Part shown: positions 37,625 to 50,409 of the stretch, in pieces
How positions within the stretch are numbered: the first letter of the stretch is position 1
Layout of the letters: every line of letters begins with the position of its first letter
Assembly: GCA_000708835.1 (NCBI GenBank)
Contig: DF236975.1
Coordinates: 186,001 to 250,000 of the forward strand
DNA length: 64,000 nucleotides
Reading direction: 5' to 3'
From: Klebsormidium nitens
Lineage: Eukaryota > Plantae > Klebsormidiophyceae
Made by a program: the position numbers and the translations under genes
Notes under the pieces: generated by a model
The model's database searches: none
What the model saw: the letters and a program-made list of their open reading frames with translations, nothing else
What the model was told of the DNA's origin: nothing

Positions 37625-39521
37625 AGGGGTTGGGCAATTTGGATCTCAAAGGATCGTGGATGTCATCGAGAACTGGAAGTAGGTGTAGGTGCTGAGGTAT
37701 ATCTGCAGGAAAGCCAGGTTGACGGTGCGGTCGAATCCAAAGGATTGCTACGTTGGAAGGCTGTCTGCTTCGACGAATCGTCCTTATGTAGTCTACAGCA
37801 CTTTTCACATCCTGATTCTCCTTTCGTCTGGTGATCGAGGAGCGTGACGTACAAACTTCGAGGTAAAACACAAAGCAGAGTACTATTATGATAGAATGTT
37901 TGGTTTATGGTGAAGAACTTCGAACATGCGAAATGCTCGCGAAATGCCATTTCTCAGGCTACGTGCATGCTCAACAATCTGCTTGCTAGGATAAACAACC
38001 AGTGTGTGGAGTCCCGCTTGTACGGTGCAGTCGACAGTCGCAGCTGTAGACGGTTAAAATGAGATGTATGCTTTTTGGCATCGCACTCGCGTAAGGCATA
38101 TCAGATGTTCTCGGTCGTGCTTCCTGTTACTGTAGTCACTGAAAGCTCATTGAATTCGTGCTTTGAGATGGTACACTCAAAGAGCGATGCCGACCTCTGA
38201 TGACAAGGATTGGCGTGAATTGCGACACTTTATGGGCTCCAGCAAAGTGGCTAGGCAAATACTCAATATAGGCAGAGCAAATCACTGGGCAAAAATCCCT
38301 CACCTTTGTTGCAGAAAAGCTCTGTGCCATCCTCCGAAATGAATGTGGGACTGTAGGGCCAGCTCGAAGCGGCAGAGAGCCGGGTCTTGGTAGCAGAGCA
38401 GAGCAGAACCGAGAGGGGACTTGCATGACCAAAAAGCAATATACGACGCAGCTCACAGCTAATGCCAGCCAGTGGTGGTGTCGCGCCCGTGTCGCGCACC
38501 GAGAACAACGGCGTTCCTAGTGTCGATTGCCATGAGTAATCGCGAGTGCTGTCCTTATAACCTGTTCTAGAAAGCTGTGATCTGCTGCAGAAAAACCCAC
38601 AGAAGCGTGCTAATTTGCTGAAGTTGGCAAGCTTACGGGGCATTTTCGCCAATAAAGTCGATGTGCTTTGCAGACGGTGTGCATTGGGAGAAACGACATC
38701 TGTAAAATGCTGAAATGCGCCGGGTGACATCAGCCTTGATCTCAGTAGAGGACTGCAGTACCGGTAGCTACTAGTACCGTAGTATGATACTAGTACAGGT
38801 CTTCTGTTCTGTGCATTTCTTATTGTGGTGGAGCTCCCCGAGGATCCCATCGAACGTTCAATCATTGAACAGGTGGCCTCGCGGTTTAGTCAGCACCGGC
38901 CAAAAGTGGTTCTGAACCGTCCGATAGAGCCAAAATCGTAGAACACGGACGGCCGAAACCAAGTTGGATGTCAGCCAATGGATCCGTAACTGAAATCTGA
39001 TTGATCGACTTCGAATGAAGCACGATCAACAAATTTGAACTGTAGGCTAATAAGAGGATAGCCTAGACTCAGGGTCAGAGGCTCGAACGGGTCAGACTCG
39101 AGGGTTGAGTCACGACTCGCCATGCAGCGCCGCGCGCGCCGTTCTGCGGACCCTCGCGATTAGCTGCTGTAGCTGCCAGCTCGTTCCAAGATGCAATGGA
39201 AAGAGCAATTCGAAGATGCACGTTCAGTTTGAAGTACCTGGCGGCGTCGGATCACCCAGCTCAGCATACTCTATCCCTGAGTCCCTGACTAGTCGAAGGT
39301 TCTTTTCCTGGAATGAAAGTCAGCTTTGATTAGCATCAAAGTTGCAACTTGGTAATTCCTGGTGAAGCGGATAAGCGCAGGACCTTTTTGGCACTATGCT
39401 CTTGTAGAATCCGCTTACAAGGACTGCAAGGAAGGCTTTTACCACAAGTTCTCAGGTTCCAGACATACCCGCAGTATTTGTAAACTGCTACACAGTCAGA
39501 AGCAGCTGCAAAGGGGTGACA

Positions 39522-41302
39522 ATGGTGAGCCATCTTCTGTAAATGATGCATGCCATGCCAGCTTTCTCCAACCCAACTTTGCAGCTTCTGGTCATTGACA
39601 TAGTTTGAGAAATTGTTCAGCTTGAGCTCAACAGCAGGTTGAAAGAAGCAGCAAGAAAGTGTTGACCCGTAACTCATGCTCTGAAGTTCAGGCAAAATAG
39701 GGCGTCCTTGCATGCTTCCTATCGCTAGCTGTGGTGTAAGGCTGGATCAAACCGGCTGGTCATGCGTCAATGTCGATAAAGTGCCCGGGTTGTAAACGAA
39801 GTTCCTTTGTTGATCCTGCAGTCTGAAGTTGAGGCCACACTACAAAGGATAAACGGCCACAAGGTGACATGACAGTGCCTGGTCTCTCTTTCATTTTAAG
39901 CAATAGATGAAAGGATACCACCATTCAGGATCATGACATAAATCAGAATTTGGCAAGATGCTATTGGCAGCAGAGACCTGTGCAATTCTGGCAGCAAAAA
40001 GTGCTAGTTGCAACTCCCATTCCAAACTGGAAATGCGTACTGAAATACTTGAGTTGGCACATTGGGCCATCTTCCTCAACCTTGGCCCGTAGCTTGGCAC
40101 CAATTATACGTCTTCTCAGCCATTGTAGAGCTCACCTTCTTTGCGCAAAGCACCGATACTGCATATGTCACTTCCAATTTATCAAGACGAGTGGTGCTGC
40201 TAAATCAAGCTTGGAACCACCTGGTGCTGTGGATGCAGGGAGTCCTGGGCACCATAATCGTTGATGCTGAGGGGACGGTCCTGCGGTCCACAGTCCTTCA
40301 GGTACGCATTTGTGGCCGTGCTGCAGACCCAACCCTTTTCCTGACTTCAAAGGCAAACATTTGAGAGATTTTTCTCCTTTCTGACGATTGTTCCGCAATC
40401 AGATGAGCCGTGCCGGCTGATTCTTGACAAGCTGCCTCGAAAATTGGATAAAATGCCAGTACAATTCTACTCTCCTGACAAAGCCGGACTGCCTCAGCCG
40501 CCCTCTTTCTTTGCCATCCTCGTTTCGTTCCTTCAACATAAAACAGGGATAGATCTAGAACGGCCTCCCCGTACCTGCAACAAGGTTCAACAGGTTCAAC
40601 CACAGCTGTAAAGCAACCTGCTCTAAGGTCACACGTACGCTGCCCGCAGCTGTAAAGTTAACTATTGTCAGTGCCAACTTGCGGCGTTCTTCGCGCTCCA
40701 CCTTACGATCAGAAACCTCTGTAAAGACTGTATGAGCCACGTTCCAAGCAACCGTTTGCAAGGGTTAGACGGAAATATCAATGAGGCGATTCGGCAGAAC
40801 TTCGAGTCCGGTGCTAGTGCGGGTCAGTCCTGGCATGATGAGGACGAGTTTAGAACGCTACTGTCCATACAATTCCCTTTGTTTACCATATCAGGAGAAG
40901 CGACGCAGTCATCCTTTTAACAGCAGCCCTTCGCAGAGAAGGAAGCCGTCGAGCTTTTCGGGGTTTGCTGTCCGCTGCACCCGGATCCGAGACGGCCGCC
41001 TGTCACCTGCTATCTTTAAGCGATTAGCTTTGAACGTTTGTTCTCCGGTCTGGTGTTCTCGCTTGATCTCGTCTGAAACCTCTTCCTTTTTCTTACTACA
41101 GCCTGATATGGCGGCCAAGTGTGCATCACTGATCCCCAGCTTATCCGCTATGGCGCGATCATGCGTCCGCGACTTGGACCCCCAGAACGACCTGCAGTTT
41201 CTGCGGATCCGATCAAAGCAGCACGAGATTCTGGTAGCACCGGACAAAGACTTCACACTCATAGTCATCCAGGACCCCACAACTTTGAAAGAAGGGGCTT
41301 GA
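39522..41302 (+). CDS. DYNLRB: Dynein light chain Roadblock/LC7 type, about 102 aa
   Basis: Exons are ATG only (39522-39524, donor GTGAGC), 39822-39863, 40239-40301 and 41102-41302. Product: [27 protein letters not shown]...[38 protein letters not shown], close to the Roadblock consensus. Confidence 0.93.
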
Positions 41303-42243
41303 GTCCTGCTTGAGTCGTCGGATAAACCTCGAGAATATCTCGATTGTCACATTTGCCTTGGTTGATCGTCCGGAATGTCTGTCTGCAGTCGTCCGATGGG
41401 AATGTGGCACTCGATCAATCCGCAAATATGAAACCTACAACAAACTCTATCTTGTACGATCACGCACGGTGCATTTTGAAGGTATGACTCACCCATGCAG
41501 CCTAAATCACTTAGCATGTGATATGATGGGACAACTACTTTGGTTAGTATCTACAATTAACCTTCTCAAGTTGCTTTAATTGAAAGGCCGACGGTCCGAA
41601 TGGAAGCCACGGCGGACGTTGCTCGTCCGGCCCCAACATCATATCCCTGGTTGTTAAGCATGATCACTTCCGGCCGCGGCACATGCAGAAATACAAATTC
41701 TCGATCGATTCTGTGTGCTAAGTGCAGAGGAGTACCGTACAGCTCGTTGTCCACGTATTTGTCCGGCATCATTGACGCCATAATTCGTCTGACGCGGTAC
41801 TAATACCTTGCTCTTATATTAGTAACATGCAGACTGTCAATGGTCGCCTTACGATGACAGTACAGATCATGCAAGAAAGCAAAACCACTGCTCACAGTAT
41901 TTCAAAACAGGATTTCCTGAGCGAGACAGACACGTAAGTAAAGACAACCCGAATGCATCCATGTCTGCGTGTTGTTGACCGAGTTCACGAGTATCCTTGC
42001 TGCGTGAGCACAATCGCTGCTGCTCGATTAGTGAGCAACGTCTGATAGAAATAGTCAAGTGGACTTATTTCCTCTCCTTGTTTGGACCGGAGATGTACCA
42101 TTTGGGTGGTTCGCTGCATACAGAACTGCTTGCTTTCCACCACAAAACTCGCTCACCGCAAGGGAACACGCTACAGATGGACACCTCTCTAAAACACTCT
42201 AGCTAAACTCAAGGACCGACCAACAAGTACGGAACTCCTGATT

Positions 42244-45200
42244 CTACTTGCCCATCTCACGCATAAACTTCTCATACTCCGACTCCACTTTCGAAGCATC
42301 TGGGGGGGGCGGGGTCGCTGCCCCCGCCCACGGCGTCGCACCCCCCCCGGAAGGAGGAGGCGGGGGTGCCCCCCCACTGCTAGGCGGCAGCGGAGGCTGC
42401 CCGGGGGGTGGTGCACCATAGTACCCCGGGTAAGGTTGGGGGTAGCTGCCAGGAGGAGCAGCCGCAGAACCAGAGGGCGGCGCACCAGGGGGGTATGAGT
42501 AAGGGTACTGGTAGGGGGGGTACTGACCCCCCGGAGGGGGCGCCCCATAGTACGGAGGGGGTGGGTAGTAGGGCGCGGGAGCACCCGGAGGTGGGGCGCC
42601 TGCGAGCAATAGAAATGAGGGTGTCATTCTGCGGCAATGAAAGCTGCTGATCTACTTGAGCACTCCAAAGACATCAAGTTACTGTAAGAGAGCCGGCGAA
42701 TTTGTGAAGTGCACGGATCCACCAAACACACACACGTTCTGCAGGTGTTCTCATTTTATCATCTGACGGTTCCGACCCCGGTACACAGGCATCCAACGGA
42801 TAGCATGGCAGCGATTACGTATGGGGACTCTCGAATAGAGTCAGTATTTCAAAACAGGCAAAGGCAAAAGGGGCCAACTCTTTGCTTCATCACAGTGCGA
42901 GATACTAAAGGGGGCGTCACCGTAACACTTTTATTGTGTGCCTTCCACAATCAGAACGCACGGCAGATGTAAGAAGGCAGTAGAGCTCTCACCTGGCGCT
43001 GGCGGTGCGGCACCCCAAGGGGGGGCCGGGGCGCCTGCTGGAGGGCCCCCCTGCGAAGAAGGTGGCTGGCCCCAGGGCGTTGAAGGGGGACCTGCAAGAT
43101 AATGAGGAGGTTCAAAAGATCATCTTTCCAAGACTCGAGAGCGGAGGTGGCCACATCAGAAACTCAAGGCAACGTCTACGAGGCCGGAGTACGACAATAA
43201 AAGGAACAGCAGACTCCTCTGGACGAAGTCTACCAATGAAATACCGGTGCAATTGAAGCTATACTGGCAGCATAAAACTGGCAGTAATGGTGGCCTCGAT
43301 TTGGCCTTCATCAGTGAACCCGCTTAAAAAAATCCCAGTATCCTCTCACTTGAAATCTGCTCTTCGTCGATCGATCAAGCAGGGTATCCCTTTTTCGGCA
43401 GACATCGCAAATGCAATTCCCAACTGAATACCAAGTGTAACGGTTCACATGAACCACACAGTCGTGAAAACAACCGTCCCTGTCTCAAACAACACGAAAC
43501 AGTTTCAACTTTCCAACCCTCACCTCTCCCTGTGCCGGGAGGGGGCGGCCCTTGCGCCGCCGGAGGGCCGCTGAATCCCGTCTGGCCGGGGGGTCCGCTA
43601 AACCCTGATACCCTGGGTGGGCCAGGGGGACCGGAGAAGCCGGACGGGGGTCCGCTGAAACCGGTGGGGCGTCCGAGAGGGGGACGGTCGGACGGTCCGC
43701 CGGTGTTCGAGCCGGCAATGCGGACAGCGAGACTCTTGCCCTCGACGCGGAAGCCGTTCATTCCGGTGATAGCCTGCGGAAGGAGAAAGACAAGCTTTAC
43801 TTGCCGAGCTACTAGAGAGGCGGGAGAGCGATTGGTAGATCGGCGGTCAAGTCAGCGACTGCCCCACCGCTTTGTCTCAAGCTCGTCGAAGCTCAAAGGC
43901 AGCTTTCTGGGTTCTCACGGGTGGCAAAATCAGTGCCAACTCTGTGACGGGTGTTCCTGACCCTCACTTCGCCGGCGTTAACAACCTGCTCTGAGTCCAA
44001 GAGGTGGTGTTGCGGCGTGTGCCGCGGCTGTCAATCCAGCGATCCCCTAAGGAGAGAATAACCGGGTTCTGAAACAGGAAGTGGTGAACGTCCTTTCTGA
44101 TACACGACGGACTCATCAAACGAAGGTGCCGCTTCAGAAATCCCCCCCCGCCCCCCTCGCAGTTCTGCAGTCAAGCTCACCTCGTGGGCTTCCCTTGCGC
44201 TCGAGAACTTCACAAACCCAAAGCCCTTGCTAATCCCCGTCGCGCGGTCCTTAATGACCTTCACTTCTTCGATTCTGCCGTAGGGGTCGAAGAGGCGGCG
44301 CAGCTCGTCCTCGGTGATGTTGGCGGGCAGGTAGCCGATGTAAAGGTTCGAGTCGTCGTTCTCATCGCGGCTGGGGGGTCTGCCGCCACTGGAAAACGGG
44401 GGGGCCCTGCAGAGAGGGCGGGCATTACAACAAGAAGGATGGTCGGAGGAAACTCAGAATTGACCACAAACTAGCATTTGACCGATTTAAACAGCGAACA
44501 GAAGGCAGGGACAAGCGAAACTGGGTTCCACAGATGCTGAGCCCTGGATGAAGCTCGCTGTCATTTGACACAAACGTGTTTGGCTTGATGAGGCAGCAGG
44601 TGAGTGCGGAGATGCTTAGAGAAAAGGCAACGAGAGGACAAAGCGAATGAGTGGGCGTCGCCTCTTAACCGTTTTGCAAGACCTCCGTTGCCATATTGGT
44701 TTGATCTGCCTTCCTCTAAGAGCAGAAGCTTGCACGTCAAGAAGTGACAAGCAACAGCTGGCGTGCGAACCCCAACCCGCCCCACGTCTGCAACACCTAA
44801 CTTTATGCTGCACAATTATCAATCACGAAGTCCGAGAGAAACCACTAGCTATTATGCATTCTGACGCACCTGCTATCTCTCGGCGGCCCCGAGAAGCCCA
44901 GCCCCTCTCTCGGCGGGCCGTTGCTGAAGCCCGTGACCCTTGGGCCGCGATCGCCGAATGGCGGAGCGCCACCTGGCATCGCGGGGCGCCCGTCGCGGCC
45001 GGCGGCGTCAGCGGGGTTGCCGCCGAGCTCCGCCAGGAAGCTCTGGTACTCGTTGTCCATTTGGTGGCCGACCTTAGTGTCCTGTAAAGAAGAGTAGAAT
45101 GTTTCGAGATCGCACTGAAAGTACGCTAAAAAAAACATGCATTATGTTAAAAGGGGTGACTGTAAGGGGGACGGGTGGAGTAGCTTTGGGGATCGAGGGT

Positions 45201-47965
45201 AGGTACAAGCGCAGAGAGGTTTGACTCTGGGTTCGTGTTCATCAAAAGAACGAGAGCCCCTGATCCCTGATGGTAGAGTTGCAAGCAACGTTTGGCCTCC
45301 ACTCGAGGGACCTCTGACGAGCAGAACAATTTCTCAGTGTGTCATGCCGCCAACTCGAAGCTCAAGCGGGATGTGACATACAACGGACTTGCTGTCCCGC
45401 AGCACCAGCTGACCCAGGACACAGGACTCACAGACCCTAACTCACAGAAGAAGTGTTTTGAGTTGAGCGTGCAACGAGCGAAATGTTGACGGTAGCTTAC
45501 CTTCATCGGACAATCGATGGTGGGATGGCCTCCATCTCCGCAAATGCGGCAGGTCACTCCCTCGGCCTTGTACGTCGAGTTGCGGGTCGGGCAGTCATAC
45601 TGCCGGTGACCTGGCTCGCCACACAGCCGGCAGTACTCGTCATCGCGCAGCGTTCCTGTATAGAAAGTCGGAAGGCGTCAGCTTTCGGGTGAAAGCTTAC
45701 ATAAACAGGTCCGCAACAGAATTAATAAAAGTCACGCAGTGCGAAATCGAAATGCTGGAAGATGCTCTTGTGGGCCTGGGAATCTAAGGACAATTGCGGG
45801 AAACCATGCGTCCGAGCCTGGGCAGTCTACATACTAGGTGAAAGGGCAAATGACGACAAATCTGCTCGATTGGGCGAGCCAGCAGTGGGAGTGAACCAGG
45901 GGGACAAGCTGAGCAAGGTACGACATCGAGTTACTGCTGCCGCCGCTGCGACCAAGCTGGGCCCGAGCAACAGTCACATACGCCCTGGCCCACAGCATTG
46001 AAATGAGTTCCGAAAATACCCATGGGAAGAGTTACAAGAGGGATTGCCCTCTGCAGGGATTAAAAACAAGAGCCACGAGACGGCAACTGAAGAGCCTATT
46101 CGCACAAGCTCATGCACCCGTTCCTCAATCGAGCACTCCCACGCTTCCCCTTAATCAGAATTCCTTTGATACCCCAATATCAAACCCCTCAAAGCAAAAC
46201 CAGACTTTCTGCTCAGATATGGACAATTAAGTGGACATGGCAAACAAAACCTGCAATGTCGTCTCTTACCATTGAGCGCCGCCAGCTCGAGCAGCTGTGT
46301 GCGCTTGTGCTCGTTGGCGCCCTCCTCGACAGGTGTCAGCAGCTTTTGCACCATATTAGCCGCTCTTTCAAGGGAGTCGTCATCATCCGCCTGGATGAAC
46401 ACGTGCAGATCCTCGTTCTCCGACGGATCCGGCTTGGCATCCTTGCGCAGGTTCTGCAAGGGTTTCAAAATCGAAAGGGTTAGGAGGGAACCCGCACAGG
46501 GTTAAAATAGGAATCGCAGTGCTCATCTGAACTGTACCATGAAAAAGGACAAGAATGATGTGTAGTAGAATTCCCTCTAGACTGCACAATCATCACAATT
46601 TGGCAAGCCGTTTCACACGAACGGGAACAGATCGACTAGAAAGCACCAGAAGGTTGCAACCGAACGCAGATGGAAGCCGCACAGACAAAGCCCGTACCTG
46701 CGAGCGTCCTTCCTTCACCGACCCCTTTCCTCGGATCGCAATCTTGCATCCGGTCTCCTTCTCCATGCGCTTCTGCGTATTCCCGCGGGGACCGATGATG
46801 AGGCCAATGAAGTTGTACCCAGGGTATTCCTTCAGAGGAATGAACAGCTTGCGCGTCTTCTTCTCGGGCTTGTAATCGGCCGGGGGCTTGTAGGTTGGGC
46901 TCTTGCGTATGAGCTCAGCAATGACGTCCTGTAACAAGGAAAGCAAGCAGATTGCTACGATCCACGAAAGCACCCTTTGTGGACTTGGTGCAGAGCAGCA
47001 ACTGTGATTGTTATTGCTCAGAGCCATCGTCCTATGCGCAAATCAGGGGCTAAGGACAACGCAAGGTCAAAAATCACAAAAAACAAATCAACTCCAATGT
47101 GCAAGCGAACAACCACCTTCAACAGGAAGTTGACAGTTACTGCAGAAAGAATACAGAAAGTGGACAAGGTACTGCAGAAAGAAGGGCTGGCAGAACCGCT
47201 CTCATGGTGGCACACTATCTTTGTTGATGACCAGCAACCGATTCCCAGTGCTTATGCCATCCTTGCGACAACAAGAGCACCACGAGCGCCTGCGCAAACC
47301 CAACTCACCGATCGGCGCTTCATGAGCTTCTCGCGCATTCGGACCTCCCGCGTATTGACCCTGTGCCCCAGGTTGTCGTACATCGGCTCCGGCGACGGCG
47401 ATCGCTGCTCGGGCGGCACATACACATCGACCACCTCCCCCGTTTGCAGCTTGCGGTTGATTTCATTCAGTTCCGCATTCAGCGCCTGCACCTCCGGATT
47501 CAAATCCTCTCCCCCCATAAGCTCCTTCACAAACGCCGGCAACTGGATCGGAGGCAGCCCAGGGATCGTGATCTTGGGCTCGTCCGCTGGCTCCCACCGG
47601 CTCTTCCTCTTCTTCGTACCCCCGTCTGATTGGTTTGCCGCCTCGGCCGGGTCCGGGCCCCACCGGCTGCGCCGCTTCCTGCCTCCCCCGTCGCTCGACG
47701 GCGTCTCCGGATTACTCCCCCCGTTGCTCTGGCCGTTTGCATGCTGCTCAGACGGCTCTGGAGGAGGTGGCTGCTGCCAGGCTTGGTTGCCCTGCTCGGG
47801 GGGGTACTGAGGAGGAGGAGGGGGGTACATCGGTGGCGGTGGAGGCGGCAATTGGTGCTCCGGTTGGTACGGCTGCTGCTCCTGACCCCCCCAGCCAGTG
47901 CCGTTTCCCCCCGTCTGGTTTTGCAGCTGCTCCAGGAAGGCGGCCGCTTGGGCGCCTGGATCCAT
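42244..47965 (-). CDS. SF1: Splicing factor 1 / branchpoint-binding protein, plant type (KH-QUA2, two zinc knuckles, RRM, Pro-rich tail)
   Basis: About 9 exons. Motifs: RKRRSRW ULM, RSPSPEP, KH domain ([36 protein letters not shown]), [14 protein letters not shown] and [14 protein letters not shown] knuckles, RRM (SNLYIGYLP...SKGFGFVKF), and C-terminal [11 protein letters not shown]. Confidence 0.95.
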
Positions 47966-49956
47966 TTACTACTTTTCTACAAGCTACCAAACTTTGCTGT
48001 ACTTGCTTGCTTGTTTGCTAAACCTGGCTGCTCTGTTTTCCCTTAATCTTAAAAGCAACCTCCACGACTTTGATAGACCGACACTGTTGACGGACACTCT
48101 GTTGATCGAATCTAATAAAGTCGAGCACGATGTGTCCTGCACTTACCGCACAACACTTCCCTACCAGACGTGCCCCCGGTAAATTTGTCACATGTAGCAC
48201 TAACTAGCAGTGGGGTTAGAAATGAGGGGAGAGAAAAGGGGGTAATGGTACCTGTTACAGATGAGGACAACAGAGAGACAAAGAGGGGTTGAGGGGTCAG
48301 CTGGCAGTCCGCCCTTTCAGTAGGCTTGTTGCTATGAATACACACAATAATCTAGACGAATAAGCTAGCAGCCACCACCTGCAAAAGCTTTCACGAAGAT
48401 GCAAGCAGAGGAAGGTCAGTGTTCAAGCTATCCGTTCAAGTAAGCAACCATTAATTGCAGTGAATTCCTGCAGGCAAGAACAACAGAGCTGAAAACATAT
48501 ACATGGAGAACAGTCAACTGTTCCTGAATGCTGAGCAATGAGCAAGTGAGAGTGGTCACACGAGAAAAGAGAGCAATGGTCAGTATCAATACCGTGAGAT
48601 AACGTCCAGAACACGGAGCAGCTTTTGAAAGCGGGAGTCGACGCTGCTGCCCCAAAACATTCCCCAGATGGATGCAAATGAACAGACTTGCGCTGACTGA
48701 GGCGCCAATGCCAAACCCCTTGAAGCTGCCCGTGCATTGAAAATGGATAGCGCCCTTCAGGTCGCTGCTTTCCTGTGAGATTCGAGTAGGTAGCCCGAGA
48801 CCTGCGAGGTCTGCCAACAGTGACATCCTCAATCAGCAGACTAGGTAACTTTGCTAGTCTAGAAAATACGTCATCGATGACATCAGCGATACCGGTGGTA
48901 CGGTACGGTACTTTTAGGATGTGGTCGGTACCGTCTGGTTCAACCGGGTGCGGTAGGTGCTCGGGGCAATTGCGGGTTACAAACAGGGATAACACTGATC
49001 TTGGTGGGGTTAGCTGGGGGGTTAGGGTGGGTACGGGTGGGCTCTGGCGGAACGCCTTAGGGTTTGCTCAATGCTTACCCTTATGGTCTTAGTGTGTGTT
49101 AGGGCGTTAACCCTGTGTGACATCATCAGTGACGCAAATAGTAAGACTAGCAAACTTACGTACCCACGTCTCCTCAAGAGTCAATAGCCAACTTCATACT
49201 TCAATTGTCCGTCGACAATGAGAGAATCCATGTTGCTCGATCAGATGTCCCGAGGCCGCTGGAACTTAGTTGAGCTTACAGGTTAAATAAGTGGTTAAAC
49301 CACCACCCGCGGTATAAATACTCCTGGGTGTCAGGATTGCCAAAGTCAAGTTTCGGAACTTGAAATTTCGCGATGGCGCATGTATACGAGAAATGCCAAG
49401 ACCACCCTCAAAATGAGTCATTTTGCATCGTTTCGAACGGCGGTTTCGATCTGACCTTGCTTGGATGACTGCACCTGAGCTATGCGAAGTGAAACCGCCG
49501 AAAAAGTCGAAGAAATGCGTCTGTTTTGCCCTTGAATACGGTCAATTTTGATGGGATTCAGATCGTGCGCCCTCGACCGAAATTCGTATTCCGGTGACCG
49601 TTGGCGAGACTCCCGACCACTTCGGCCGATTAAATACCGCGGGTGGTGGAACCTGATTGAAAGTTTCCACTCTTCACTTCGATATACAAATTTGCCGTTC
49701 CACAGATCCAATTGGGGCCTTGACGAGGGGGTTTGCTTGGGGCCCCGAGGAGACTAAATGATAAATCTGCATTCTGGGGTGCTTTCTAAAACAAGCCATG
49801 ATGGTCGCAGAACGTGGACCCAATTCTGTCTGTGTTCACTGTTGAATGCCAAAGTGCTTGAAATTGCAGGCCCTTGCCAAGGTGGTGTCTTCAGGAGATT
49901 GTTTTCAGATGAGCAACTTTCTGGCTGGATCAGGCGCCAAGAATTCAAGGTGTTGA

Positions 49957-50256
49957 ATGGATGTGGCGTTTAGATCAGCAGAGACGCTCTCTAGACAGTT
50001 TCCAAAGTGTGCAAGACTGATCAGAGCGCTCGACGATTGCAACCGGAAACACCGCAACCACGTCGAGCAGGGGATCGTCTGCAGGCAGCTGAACCACAGC
50101 GTTGCAGAGTGCCTGCTGAAGATTGTCTGTGGGCCGGAGCTTGAGCGTGTGACAGATCTTTGCGGTTCGCAAGGAACCAAGGCCAAAAAGAGGCAGTGTG
50201 CGGATGCGAAATGTGAGCTAGAGGAGTGCATTCGCCGCAATCAAGAGGCTGGGTAG
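49957..50256 (+). CDS. Small intronless CX9C-type (CHCH-like) cysteine protein, 99 aa
   Basis: Four regularly spaced Cys pairs: CARLIRALDDC (CX9C), CRQLNHSVAEC (CX9C), CGPELERVTDLC (CX10C) and CADAKCELEEC (CX9C). There is an ATG start and TAG stop. The pattern resembles helical-hairpin disulfide proteins. Confidence 0.75.
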   Translation: MDVAFRSAETLSRQFPKCARLIRALDDCNRKHRNHVEQGIVCRQLNHSVAECLLKIVCGPELERVTDLCGSQGTKAKKRQCADAKCELEECIRRNQEAG

Positions 50257-50409
50257 TCCATTATGCAGTTAAAGACGACCAAGCATAGTGCCCTTTGATT
50301 AGTCCTCAACATGAAATTTCAGTCAATGAGGAACCAGCATTAGTGGCGGGATCGCATGATTGTCTGATCTAAGGATGGTATGCCATTCCATTGACAGCCC
50401 TCCCCAACA

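Noticed and set aside
38263-38865. 200-aa minus-strand ORF
   Set aside because: It has no recognisable motif, runs through apparent splice signals, and has low-information composition.
47363-48046. Long antisense or alternative-frame ORFs over GC-rich exons (also around 16700-17100, 53465-53926, 61800-62831)
   Set aside because: These are the expected shadow ORFs of GC3-rich coding sequence.
48423-48995. 190-aa minus-strand ORF upstream of SF1
   Set aside because: It begins at a non-ATG codon, has no recognisable domain, and crosses what look like SF1 5'-UTR intron acceptors.
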